A stretch of 63,548 nt of DNA, the filler included, from Sphaeroforma arctica JP610 (lineage: Eukaryota), in the NCBI RefSeq assembly GCF_001186125.1. It is 5 parts of one record of this genome, joined end to end, with 100 filler letters (N's around TTAATTAATTAA, not from the genome) between each part and the next. Parts side by side here need not be neighbours in the genome. Positions count along the whole stretch, not along the records: positions 8,250 to 31,531 come from NW_014040538.1; 4 more parts are not named here. One strand, 5' to 3'. The position numbers were made by a program, and so were the translations under genes. Position 1 is the first letter of the stretch. Every line of letters starts with the position of its first letter. The notes beneath the pieces are model-generated. The model was not told the origin of the DNA. It did not search any database and saw nothing but the letters and a program-made list of their open reading frames with translations. This document shows positions 14,637-27,900 of this stretch, one piece after another.

Positions 14637-17600
14637 ATGCAGCAGAACCAGCAACATCGGAGTGTGAACTCCAATACTAAGCAATACAATCAGAACACGG
14701 GTAAGCCGAAGCAAGTTTGTGACTAATGATCGATTCAAGATGGTTGTGGCTACTGTCGAACCTTTGTGGCACTGTAGTTTTCTGTTGTTGTAGACGAGTT
14801 CTTTTTATATTTCGGTTCTTTTTCCTTTTGAGACACTTTCTGACATTTACTAATTTCGCCGTTTTTTTTTCATTAGCAAGGAATATAGGAGACGAATGCT
14901 CGTCTGACTCTCCTGGTTCGCTTGAGTTAGCTGATAATTCTAGCTTCGATTCTAACTCAGAAAATGCCACAGAGTCTATACGGAAAATAGGTTCAAGATC
15001 TGAGAAGGACATTAGAGGTACGGACGCGACAGTGGATCAAAGACAAAATGAAACAACTGCAGGTAGAAACAGTTTGATTGGGGGCCAAAGAGCTGACATG
15101 CAACAGGGGCGGAAGGGTATGGGTGATCTCACTGAGGCGCTGCATAGTTATTTCAAAACAGATAGTTCGAATGACTGTCAAACTCTGAGTGGATTGAATC
15201 ACGACAAGGAGAGTAGTAGCCCGACTGATTTTGGCAGTAATACCACGCGTTCCGAGATAGGGAGTCAGGGCGCGTCCGCCACTGCGGCAGAACAGAGAAT
15301 CGGTCGTTCAGCGAGCACAGGGACGGAGGGTACTGTGATATCCCATAGGTGCGAGACTGGGTCGAAAACCCCTGAGGATACACAGGCTGGAAGGACGATG
15401 TTCAGTCAAGATGGGGATTACACGGGTAGTTTCGTCAGTGAGAAGCAATATATGAAACGTATCAAAAGTGAAGACGAGGAAAGCACCGCAGTCTGCAATG
15501 ATGGTGTCAATAATCCTAGTGAGCATACCAATGTGAATGATATCACCGCGAACAGTGCCAATGGTCTGAAATTCGGCAGTAAATTTGACGAGAAGGACAG
15601 TTTGTCTTTCAGCGGCAGTGTAGCGGGGAGTTCTGCCAGCAAGCTGTCACGTCGAAGGCGCAAGGCGGCTGAGTTAAAACGTGCCTATTTTTGCAAGTAC
15701 GATAGGTGCGGGAAGACGTACGCGAGTAATCACGCGAGAAATTTACACTATCGACTGAAGCACGCGAGAGGCAATAGTGTGTTCTGCGATCTCGCAAAAT
15801 CGCCTGTAGCCACCATTCCTGCGATACCCACGGGTGATCGCAGCCATCTCCTGCATACCGCACCAAAGAAGCATATTCCAGTACAACCCCGTCCGATAGC
15901 TATGAGACCCACTGTGAATGGTGGTGCTAAGCTAGTACCACGTGCGGTACAGTACTTAAGAATACAAAATGGTGTGCCCATACCTGTAGCTGTGTCAATG
16001 CCTATGGCTTCCGCCGTCACAGTGCCATCGCAACTAATGATTCTTCAGCAAGACGGAAGCACTCTTGTGAGATGCGTGGAGGGAGCCATCAACCAAGGCG
16101 CTTCTAATTACGTCAGCAACATTCAAAGTTCAGTCCTTTCGCAGTTGAAATCACAAGTTCTGAAGAACGAATCTCAGGAAGAGTACACATCCTGTGGATT
16201 CACTAACCACAGACAAATGCCAGGCGAAGATGTTAATCACTCTTCCGACCACACCCGTCGACAGATTCATGGCGAGCATGTTCGCACTATGATGCAGCAA
16301 ACTGAGGCCCAGCAGTCGCACCATCCTTGTGTTCATTCCGAAGTGCCAAAGGACATGCATGTGCGTCAGAGAAAAGGGTCGAAGAAGAGGAAAAATAATA
16401 CTGATCGCGGGGATGTTCCTGTGGTTTTGTCCACGCCGACGCCATCAGCGCCTATTGCACCAATTAATGGGGATGGATTGGTGAATGTGAACACGAACTA
16501 CAGCACTATTCCATCGCCTGGCACCAACTTGCCACCAATTAATGGGGATGGATTGGTGAATGTGAACACGAACTACAGCACTATTCCATCGCCTGGCACC
16601 AACTTGCCACCAATAAATGGGGATGGATTGGTGAATGTGAACACGAACTATAATTCCATACCACCGCCTGGTGCCAACTTCATCACACCGATGCAACACC
16701 ACAACCCACAAGAGTGTCCTAGTCAGGTACAGGGCTGGGCGCAGCAACAGCAGCAACAGTCGATCAATGCGCGTGTGCAAAACATAGTGAAAAGATCGAT
16801 TTGTTCGTGCAATCATCAGCGACAAGACCAGGATTTCCTTACTCAGGAATATGATCGTGGAGGTGGTAGTCCACATTATGAGGTCTTCAACCCCACTTGC
16901 AGCGAACAACAGCAGCCTACGCTCAATCACAGGCTCATGGAGGGACGTTCGCAACGACAGGACTGGGTATCCATTTCACCTACGTCGTCCACCCAAGGGT
17001 CGCCAGACGTGGCATATTTATATGGATCAGATGAGAAAGTACCACACGTGCATTTTCAATCGAGGGATGAGAATATGGGCAACTACCAACCACTCGAACC
17101 TACCGTGTACGGTAACACAAACGAGGGTGAATGCAGGCGGAGCACGGGCGGGCGTCGCCAATCTCCCTGCAATTATCCATACGTTACCGTACAGAACGCT
17201 GGACAGACTGTAAGAGATGATTTCGAGCGGCCAACACGAAACATGCGGTACAATGGGATGTGCCAAGCGAGCAACGGTCGCGATCTCCGTAACGATACAC
17301 AGAATCGGCAGACTCACTCCGCACAGCGACAATGCCAAAACCAGCAGCCGCAGGTAGTACAGATGCAAATGAGTACTTCGCCGTGCAATACTAGAGTTCA
17401 AGGTCAACAATGGCCTCAGCACGAATCAGTTTATGTTTGCAATAATCACCATCTGAACCCGACGGTGAGAAACCAGGAGCCGCAAGAGACCATGTATCAC
17501 AATCAACACGTGTCAAACGCTCAGCATTTACCAGTTTACGCTAGCAACAATCATCACGGAAGTACAATGGTGATAGATCAGGAGCCACATGATGAAATGT

Positions 17601-18088
17601 ATTCTAATCAACAGGGGTATATAACTAACACGCAGCAGGAAGAAGTTTACATGGGCAATAATCAATATGAAAATTCGGAGGTGAGGAATCAACAACAGCA
17701 GGAAGTAATACCTTCAAAGCATTATCATCATAACCATATATCCAAGAGGGATCGAAAGCACACACGGTCGAAGAAGAAACTTTTTTCCACTTCCGACGGC
17801 ATCGGCGGTTGCGATCACCGCGGGTCTGTGCCGCAGAATCGTCAATATCATCAAACACATCTGCAATATCAATATAATCAGCAGTATCCAAGCCAACAGC
17901 CTCAGCCTACCCAGGTGCAAGGGATGGCGCAATCAAGCGATTCTAGCGCTCAAGACCAACAGTGGACTCAGCAGCAACAGTACCGCATGAGTAACATGTA
18001 CTCTACAAACCCGCCGATGAACAACGGCCCTCAGAATAGTATGCATTCGAACCGGCATTCACGAGAGACGCATCGAGTTGTAACATGA
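14637..18088 (+). CDS. C2H2 zinc-finger protein with Q/N/H-rich disordered region (probable transcription factor)
   Basis: Exon 14637-14700 (MQQNQQHRS...; gtaagc donor) splices in phase 1 to exon 14877-18088 (branch point tactaat, polypyrimidine tract, ttag). Contains YFCKYDRCGKTYASNHARNLHYRLKH preceded by RRRRK. The hydrophobic N-terminus of the listed ORF is intron. Confidence 0.8.
16456..16681 (+). repeat. Coding tandem repeat, 75 bp x3
   Basis: PINGDGLVNVNTNYSTIPSPGTNLP repeated three times, near-identical at DNA level. Confidence 0.9.
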
Positions 18089-19371
18089 CTATGTACACCT
18101 CGTCTTGTCCAGGAGGCGGATACTTGCGACAATGATAACGACTTAATATAATGGTGCTGCATCTTCATGCAATGATGCTGGTGGCATTCCTAGTCGTGCT
18201 AGTAATATCGACTACAATTGTTTCGATCATAACATGATTGCGCAAGTACGACAATGGTATTCTGATTCGTACAACAATCTTTGCATTTCGATAGTGACAG
18301 AGAATTTTGAACGCCGACTTAAGTCCCATCAGCAAGGTACAGATTAAATCAGCATCCTTTTTATATCATAGACGAGTTCACAAGTTTTAAAGTCTTTCAA
18401 TTCAGTCATAGGTATTAATTAAGAACATTGGTGACGTGTGCATAGTGAAAATGTGTTTGTACAAATCTCTGTTGCTGTCCATGTGTTTGTATATATATAT
18501 ATACATAATAATATGTATGTATATACATATATGTATATATTTTATACATATGAATATGTATGTATTTATGTTCATATGAATGTAAGTCTATATGTATATG
18601 TATATATATTATACATAATATATATATATGTATGTATATACATAATATATATATATGTATATACATAATATATATATATGTATATACATAATATATATAT
18701 ATGTATATACATAAATATATATGTGTGTGTGTATAATATATACAAACACATACATACACACACATATCCATATCTAGATAAATATATATCTGTATATATA
18801 CATAGGGACATATGTATAAATGTATACATATAGAATTGAATATGTGTATGTATGTATTTATACACGTATGTATTTACATATTTATGTTCGTATGCATATG
18901 TATGTATGAATATGTATATTATATATATAGATAAAATATATGTGTGTGTATATACATATAAATATATGTATATATATATATGCGCGTGTGTGTGTGTATG
19001 TATGTATATAAATATATCTAAATCTCTATATATATATTATATATGTATATATATATATATATACATATTTAAAGATATATATATAAGGATATATATATAT
19101 ATATAAATGAAGGTGTGTATGTATGTGCATATTGTGTGTGCTTGTGTATGTGTGTAGGTATGTATGCATGCAAGTACGTATGTATGTATGGTTTATATAT
19201 ATATTAACAANNNNNNNNNNNNNNNNNNNNNNNNNNNNNNNNNNNNNNNNNNNNNNNNNNNNNNNNNNNNNNNNNNNNNNNNNNNNNNNNNNNNNNNNNN
19301 NNNNNNNNNNNNNNNNNNNNNNNNNNNNNNNNNNNNNNNNNNNNNNNNNNNNNNNNNNNNNNNNNNNNNTA

Positions 19372-19410
<39 letters not shown>

Positions 19411-20202
19411 CTCATTGGCGACAGATAGAGCGTGGGCTCTTGCTGACCTAGGTTGCACATATAACCTCAATACGAGGGATGCTTTGCAGCGAATTGGCAT
19501 TGTGCCGGATGGGCCGTATGTCGGGCCACCGTTAAGTGGGTTGGATAACATGGGTGATCTGAATAATTATCATGTGGTAGGGCATGAGTGCCTGGAAGCC
19601 TATCTGTTGGTGAGCCAGGAGCTGGTGGAAGGGCAGCCATACGCAGATATCCATGGGGTGTGATGTACTCATCGGGTTTGATCAGTTGCGGCACTCTGAG
19701 TGGGCACTTGATGTGAGCAATTAGCAGCATAATTGTGGTCCCGCAGTCGCTCATCAGGTGGCAGTGGCTCAAGAAGACGACTGTCCCTGTGCCGCTGCGA
19801 GTAAAGGCGATACTGGACCTGGGCAGGACTGGCTCCCCAGTAAGGCCGAGGAAGAAGTTGAAGCTAAGTGGTACAAAGCTTAAGAGGCTTGGGCGTAAGT
19901 CGGCGGGTAGGCGGTTGCGATGACTCGCCAAGGACTACGCGTGGAATGAAAGTGAGGGAGTCGAGACAGACTCGGATGTGAACGACAGCTCAGAAGATAT
20001 GGTGCAGGAGGCACTGGTGGTTAGGATGCGTTCCCCGAGCCCTGAACGGGTGAAGGGTAACGAGGTTGTGCGATTAGGTCAGACGGGGCCTGTGTTGCAT
20101 TTGAAGACCCCTAGCCCTTTGAGGGCAGGGATTGGAACCAATGCCAGATCGGTTGCCCATGCAGAGACCGAGAGCGGGATGCGAAAGCAACCGCCCCAGC
20201 TG

Positions 20203-20785
20203 TGTAGAAATACGGCCGCTGGTCGGTCTAACATATCAAGATCAAAAGAGATAACACATTAGTTTTTATCTGTACTTAAAATAATTTAATACAAGTTCTT
20301 TTTCTAATATTTCCAAAGTGTTCTAAATTCACTTTGATGGCTCCAATAGCTTGCGTGTATGCTTGGACCTATTTGAGACGATAGTAGATGTAGGATAGTC
20401 AAACTAAATTTTATAATCTCTGAACTACTGCTTACAGATTTTGGTCTTCCCGCCAATCTTCAAAATACAATGGGTCTTTTTCTTTTTTTAACTTTTCTTC
20501 AGATGGAACTTTATATATATTAGCTAATGTATTAACTTAACTTACGTTCTTATGTCTATCTACAGATTAGACATGTGGTTATGAACACTTAGTACTTCTA
20601 GTGAAAATTATTCAACAAAGATCAGCTAGAGGTACGTCCTGTGTGATCGAGGATGATAAGGCTCTTACCAAGAGGCAGTCCCAATCATTCTTACACAAGC
20701 TACCACTGCTAAATCCTATCTGACTTAAACTGTATCTTAGTTTATATAACAGTTTAAAACATAGAAATATCCATCGAAGTTTACA
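20203..20785 (+). repeat. 5' LTR of element A
   Basis: TGTAGAAA...AAGTTTACA (TG..CA). Both ends match the TSD-flanked copy at 38094-38982. Confidence 0.85.
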
Positions 20786-20973
20786 TCTTTTTCAGTTATT
20801 TAGTAGTTACCGTAGTGTACTGCTTCTAGACTGTCTAACAATTGCTTACTATCCAGCGACAGGACGGTAAGTATTCTATACTACCTCATAAAGGCTAATA
20901 CTACCCTAAAGTTAGCTACACGCTAGTTACTATACCTAGACCTTATTAATTTTCGTATTCTTGAGCTATTACT

Positions 20974-22942
20974 ATGGCTAAAGGAAATTATAAAAGCAAG
21001 GGAGCCACCAGCTCTAAGCCTGCTAAGCCTGTTGAGGTTCCTGAGGTTACTGGGGACGCTGGTCTGTCTGGTACTGAGCCTGCCGTTGAAGCTGTAGAGG
21101 AAGCTGTTTCTGAGCTTGGTTCTAAAGAAACTCTGAGGATGACTCGTCGGACCCTAAAGCCTTGGAAGTGGAGGTCGTAACTGCCGCGGAAAGGCTCGCC
21201 ATCATCCGTGTGCCTCCTAGTAGTGCAGCCCGGGGCCTCAGCTCGCCATCTGACCGCAAAACGTCAGATATTGGAAAGGCTATATCTCCTGAACAAATGG
21301 AGGAATAGTCTCGAGATCAACGGTATATTACTACTAAAAGTCAGCCCAATTCACCTATTATCAAAGATGATGGCATTCCATTTCGCGAAATTTCATTGAA
21401 TACCTCGCCATGGAATGCCTCGCCACTGAATGTTGGGGCGGAAGACGCAAATGTTGGGGACGCCATAACTCGACAACGAGTGGCTGGATTTTCTCAATCT
21501 CAACGCCATTTGAACCGCAAAGATGAGTTTGTAGAGGAACTATCCGCTGGGCAGGTTCTGACCCCTCGATCATATCCCACGTGGCCGATATTCTTCCTAT
21601 ATCGAAGAGAAAAAATATTCCGAGCCGGGTTTCAAATCTGGGACCCATTGGTTTACCAGCCAGCAGGGTTACCAGTGAGTCAGTTAACGCTGGTGAAGTG
21701 GGTAAAACCTCAAGATCTAATCTCTATAGCTCGGAAGCTACAATCGATCATCCTCTCGACAAACCTAATCCTGTCAGAGGCTATGATCGTATGGAAATAG
21801 ATGAGGCCTACCGCTTTCATAATATCGATTCTCATTTACAATCCTGGCAACCAAGACTTTGGAAATCGCTATACCAGTACCTCATTAGAGAGTACCCACT
21901 CGAGCTCCGAAGACGAGGAAGTGAGAACCAGACAACATCGTCTCAGGTTATTACGTTCTGGTATGCAAGTCCTTGAGGACCGTCTATTGAATGTCTCTGA
22001 CCTTGACGATATAAAAGCGGATAGTATTCGCTATCTAATCAATATCAAGAGAAAAGATATAGACTCTATCTTGGCACTAGCAGCCCGTAGCACTGAGCGT
22101 GAGCCTCGTGAACGCTTCGAACCAAGCTTTATAAAGCAGCTAGGTAACGCGAAGGCTGAGATCGATTTTTCCTCTAATGAGAGTACAGTGGAGACACTGA
22201 AAGCCTTTGACCAACAAAAGGAGTCTGCAAGCCTTAAGGATAAGCAGATGATGAATGTCTTTATTCATATCTGTGAGTCAGAGGAATGGAAAACTATCTT
22301 GATAGCCCATGAGCCCAACTGGAAAGCCTTACCCTGGCGCCAGTTGCGTGAAAATATACCTAACGCCTTCTTTGAAAATGTACATGAACGTTAATTGAGG
22401 TGCTCTAGCTCATATGACACATATGACCACTCGGATGGGAGGACGTACCTATACTGGCGAATTTTTATTACTTTGTCAGATGATGGAGACTCTGGTGGCT
22501 AACTTTTTTAAGAAGGTCAATGATGATATTATCGCCTATGGTGATTTGCGATCTATGCCTTGTTTTAGGGTTGTAGTTCAAAAGCATATCAACCCATCTA
22601 CTAGAGTATATAGTACCTCGAGCTTTACCCGCTAAGCGTACCGCAATAAAGAATAGCACTGCGCGTAATACTAAGAAACCTCGCACTACTGTTGGATGTG
22701 GTAAAGGCACTACTTTTACTAAACCAAAGGGTGAAAGGAAGGAAAGAGCACCTTGCAAGAAGTGTGGTTACAACCTCACTAAACGTGATGGCATGTGGAA
22801 TGGTAAACACGACTCTGTTCAGTGTGCACCAGGCAAACCATACTTTGGACACAATACGAAGGAGTGTACTACTTGCAAGGGTACTAACGGTTGGCGCAAA
22901 GATGATTGCAAGGACATGCCGGACGTCCAAGTTAAGCACTGA
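20974..22942 (+). pseudogene. gag-like ORF of element A (frameshifted)
   Basis: Starts MAKGNYKSKG ~190 bp after the LTR. Broken ORFs include 21801-22394 and 22414-22635. C-terminal CKKC...HDSVQC / GHNTKEC / CTTC...C cluster, then TGA at 22940. Confidence 0.6.
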
Positions 22943-23345
22943 CAGTTACATATGTGTGCACTAAAGCAAGATTATGAGAAAAGTTCAATAAAATCTATAC
23001 CAAGATGTTCGCCGCAGAACATAACAAACAGGTTTCTGACTAAAGGTCGTTGTCTCACCTAAAGGTGATGCTTTTCAACTTGACTTATCAAAGCATAATG
23101 AGTGGGCCAACCCACCTTGGCAACTAATCGCACAGTTGTTAAAATATGTTAATATTACTAAATTTACCATTACGTTGTGTTGTTTCTTACGTAGCTCCGA
23201 CCCATAGATACGTAATTTAATTAATATGATACAAGACGAGCCTAACTATGTCGATCGTGAAACCGACACGTTCTTGTATCAGGGATCCTATTCTATTAAG
23301 AAGACACCTTGGAAACACACCATCGTTTGTCGCATCGGTACTGCA
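22943..23345 (+). pseudogene. Dam-like DNA N6-adenine methyltransferase domain (element A)
   Basis: MFAAEHNKQ...DAFQLDLSKHNEWANPPWQLIAQLLKYV...DTFLYQGSYSIKKTPWKHTIVCRIG. Motif order matches the phage-Dam/DIRS MT family. Contains stops and frameshifts. Confidence 0.75.
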
Positions 23346-23759
23346 GGTACCACTAAGTAGAATCCCTCAACCGAGTTCTTAGCTAAACTAGAGGAGTCCA
23401 AGGAGTTTGCACAAAAGCTCAAGACTCGTACAACCCATGCACCTAACTAAAATGCAGTCGAGGTAATGCCGATTGAGACAGCATTAGATCGTAAAAACAT
23501 GGAACTAGCTAAGGCCATGGATCAAAGACTCCTAGCTCTAAGAGTACCTGAAGCTTGCACTCAACTACTTAAAGCGCTGCTTAAAGAGCAGCCGGGAGTT
23601 GCGTAACAACTGAGGAAGATACTTCAACAATCTAATGTTGTTAATTACGTGTCTCAGGAGTCTACCCCTCCTGATACTGAAGTTGCCCTGTCTAACGGGT
23701 CTATGGTTCATCCAGCAAGCGTTACACAGAATCTGACTGACTTAGAAGAGATCGAGAGT

Positions 23760-24820
23760 AGAGTTAAAATAATACATAATTTAACTCATCGAGCATATGA
23801 GCATCATATAAGATGGCTAATCGAGCAGGGCTTGATCACCCGGCGCTGAAAACCCCCATAAGTGAAGTATACCGACACTGTACTGAGTGTGAAAAGAACC
23901 AGATCAAGCGCTACGGTTGGGCACCCCTAAAAAGGGTGACAGAAGACCAACCGATGCGCCGAGTCATAGACGATTTGGTTAAACTCCCGCGATCCAAGCA
24001 TACTGGCGATGTATATATCTGTCATTTCTTATGTGTGGCTTCGGGCTATAACTTGTTTTATGCAATACCGAACTAACGCCCGCAAACAGTGGCAGAGTTA
24101 TGCTATCACATCTGTAATGACTTCGGTTTCCCCCGAGTACTATGTTTTGATAACGGTAATGATTTTTGTACCGACGTAATGGAGTCACTTATACTCGTAT
24201 CATGCATGACTCATAGGCGTGGTGTTCCTTATAAACCTCAAACGCAGGGTGCAATTGAGACACGTCATAGAGAACTAAAGAAGCTATTACATACCGCACT
24301 AGATGACGTTGAGGATATGTGGCCTTATCATTTGAAATGGGTTCAGACTCAAATGAATATCTGCATGAATCCTCAAACTGGAACACTTCCGTTTCACTAT
24401 TTCTTTAGCCGCTATAGTGAATTACAAGCAACGTTTGACAAACCTGCGCCCGGGAAACACGTTACTCCGTGACTACAAAAGATCGAGCATATGCAGAACG
24501 TTGTTTACCCCTGTTTACTCGAGCACAAAAATCGTGTCCTACTGAAAGCGTATGACCGATGGAATAACACTAAGAACATTGCTCAGTTCAAAGTTGGCAA
24601 CTATGTTAACATTATAAATCGCATGTTACCGAACTCTCTTTAAGAAAATTGGACCTTTTGTTATTTCCTACCATGATGAGAAGAGTGATACTTACGAAGT
24701 GAATATCATAGATGGTACTAGCGCAACTAATCTAGGCACTCACCGTATCCATACCTCCGAACTCTCATTCGCTCGTTCATTTGATTCTGATGTCCCAGTT
24801 ATGGATATGGACAAAGTACC
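23760..24820 (+). pseudogene. Retroviral-type integrase (element A)
   Basis: HHCC zinc region plus DDE core in ORF fragments 23649-23849, 23813-24076 and 24089-24472. Confidence 0.85.
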
Positions 24821-24825
24821 CTGGA

Positions 24826-24945
24826 CGGACATTTAGGACTGGACCAGAGGGCTCAACCTACAAATGGAATTTTAAGACCGGACCAGAGGACCGGACCTAA
24901 GTAGAATATTTCAGGACCGTGCTCAGAGGGACCGGACCTAATATT
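24826..24945 (+). repeat. Short degenerate GGACC(A/G)GAGG repeats in the 3' UTR of element A
   Basis: Several ggaccagagg/ggaccggaccta units. Confidence 0.6.
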
Positions 24946-24986
24946 AAGACAGAGAATTTAATATGAAAGATTGATTACTCAAGAGG

Positions 24987-27900
24987 TGTCGTCATAATTT
25001 AGGAAGCAGGAGACGAAAACCATAGATACGGGTATTTTCATAATTACCCGTTGTTAGTGAAATCTTGTTCCACACAGGAACGTGATAATAAATACAGCAG
25101 ACGCGCTGATCATAACGGCACTTCTGACTGAGTTCACTTATTTCAGACTTAACACTTTTATTAAGTGTTACTTGGTTTTGACCACATTTTTAAGTGACCG
25201 AACTACTGTTTTTATTATACTACGTTCTGTAAAGGTTAAAGTATCTAAGAAGCAAATTAGGTTACTTTTATATATATATAAATTTCACAGCGATGACGGG
25301 ACCCGAGACTAGACCGTTGCCTACGGTGGGTAAGCAAGCCTGTGACCAGCTTCTGAAACGGTTGCTTGGAACGATTCGCCATTTGACCGAGCTATCCGAT
25401 AAGGTAGATACAGCACGTGCCAAGTAACCTGCTCCCGAAGACGACGAAAAGGTGGGAATTCATTTGGAATTGACTCATTTGCTTTTGGAGGCCCAGCACT
25501 CAATCCGAGCCTTGGGTAGGTTTAGCCGAGCCCCAGCATGGATTGCGGATCAGGCAGGACACCTGAATACGTTAATGCATGTGAAGGAGGCAAAGGAAAA
25601 GAGTCGCCTCATTTAAGAGCAACTCCGCCAACTCCGACAATTGTCACCGGCAGATATTGACACTTCTATGCCCCAGGACACGGCCCAGGCGACAGTGAAT
25701 GATGATTTTTCTGTGACTGAGGCCGAACCAACAGTGCAACAACATTGGGCTCCTCAATACCCAACACGGGCAGAGTTGCTCCCAACCGACCAGTCACATG
25801 ACAGCGGGGCAATCAACAGGAAGAAAATAGCCCAGTGAAGCGCAGGATTGGCCGCACGAAGCCCGTACCTCAGGTGGCTCCTTACGAGAATGTCCATGTT
25901 GCGCGCAGAGAGCGGTTGCTGAAGAACGCTCAAAATCGAGCTCAGACGATTCCGATTCCTGATGAGATGCCGGCTGATGGTCCGGATTGGTATCAGGAAT
26001 CGACAACTTTGGTGAAACACCTGGTAGAATTTATTTTTGGACCCAGTAGACTTACATTTGGACATGGCCACCCCTCAAAATTGTCATCGACGGCGAAGCG
26101 GTTCTTTGAGGTACTTTGCAGAGTGATGAAATCTCCACGCCAACAGCCTACTCACGGCCAAGCGGCAGCGAATTTATTCAGGGACAGATTACAACAGCAT
26201 TGTCGTCCGCAATCTCCAAAAGAAAGGAAGGAGAACTGCCAGGATAATGCAAATGTACCTATCGATACGCTTACATACCGTAAGCACTTTCCTGTTCACC
26301 ACGATTGCTACTTAGAAGACCCGCAGGATGTGAAACGATGTAAAATATCACCGCCTACGGAGGCGTGCATTACAGAATCTACCGCGACAGAGATGAAAAC
26401 GCAGGTATTCCTTCTCACCCAACGTATGATGCAAGCAGAAGCTGAAGGACGCACTGAGGACATTCGCTCGTTGTAGGGCTTAATTCGCACATCTAACGAA
26501 ACGCTGAAGACTTTCTCAATAACGGTAGATAAACGGACACCCAAGGAATGGCCACCTAATCCACAGGGTAGTTAAGATACAGTTGCATGCGCTTATTCTG
26601 GAATGGCTTAAGAATGCGAATTTTCACAAATTAAACCCGATTCATATGCAGAGGGGCCTACAAAGGGTACTACAGAAAGAAGGAGCACCCAAGGCGCCTT
26701 TGGATTATATTATGGAGAACGACCAAAAATTGCAGCCCATGTCGTTTTTGAACGCCACTGCTTATATTGTACGCACACACGAACAAGATCTGGAGGATAA
26801 CGCATACAGAAATGTATTGGCTTGCATGAAGCTAAACCCTTCGGTGCCACTAGAGACGCATCTTCGGGATTTTGAACGCAAAGTAGATTTTATGGAGATG
26901 CGACAGTATGAGAATCCACTACAAGTATACCGCAACCATGGTATGCTCAACCTAATCCATCAAGTGCATATTACCGTGATACTCTTCGTATGCACCCTAA
27001 TTGGCGAGAATATTCCGCGGCACAAATGCGTGATGCATTTCGGGTGAGTATTGATAAGGCGGAAGAACACCGTCGGGCAAACCTTTCCCGACCACATCAA
27101 ATCCCCGGGGGTTCACGTTCATGCACACGAACGCGTGTGGCACACGAGCTAATCCGCATGCGCCGCCAGCATCGAACCCTAGGGCTCGATGTCGGTCATG
27201 TGAGCAGAATCTCCCTCCTGGCCCAGCACACGCACCACGTTGCCCTAAGTTACTGCGAGCACCGACAGCAACGAATAAGGGCAGCCATACTCAACGTGGG
27301 GGTGCGCCACCACACCGCACATCGGCTGGGGGAACATCCACGCGCACACAACAGGCGTCGGGTAATAACTTCCGTCCTCGAGTTGATCTCGTGGATGGGG
27401 ATGATCAGATGCCTGATCCGACGCCAGATGAGGTAAGAGAGAGTGAGGTGATGCATATTCATGATTTGGTCGACGAGTCGTATGTCGACAGTGAAGATGA
27501 GTTGATGGAGACCGAGCAAGGGCCAGCTGATTGGGAATAGGAGTCGAGCTCAAATTGAGATGTTGGGGTGTCTGAATCAAACGTGTGCGTGACGTTTGGT
27601 CGAACGGCAACACGAATATTTGCAGTAAAAGATAAATTGTTACCTACTTACAACCGTGTATAGGTTACGTTACAAGTCAACGGACATGCGATGCGCACTC
27701 TCATTGATACGGGGGCGAACCGCTTCGTTATTACTCAGACATCCGCAGCAAAGGCGCACCTGTCTATTACACCATCAACTAAGGACAGTTACATATACTT
27801 GGCGGATAAAGCTTTTTGCACTCCGCGCCTTGGCAAGGCACACGCCACGACGGTTCAATATGGTACAAAGTCTGCTACAGGTTGTACGTTTGAACTTATC

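Larger units (their letters stand above)
20203..24985 (+). mobile_element. LTR retrotransposon A (decayed): gag - Dam-like MTase - integrase, with no PR/RT/RNase H
   Basis: LTR, then fragmented gag (20974-22942) ending in Cys/His knuckle-like motifs, MTase motifs (MFAAEHN, DAFQLD, WANPPW at 23103-23120), and an HHCC+DDE integrase (HNLTH..CTEC; FGFPRVLCFDNG; PQTQGAIETRH). 3' LTR not seen. Confidence 0.8.

Noticed and set aside
14726..14876. Hydrophobic N-terminus of the 1120-aa ORF as a signal or TM segment
   Set aside because: It is the intron (gtaagc donor at 14701, branch point, polypyrimidine tract).
19410..20202. GC-richer coding-like stretch left of LTR A
   Set aside because: Fragmented ORFs with no recognisable motif; cannot support a call.
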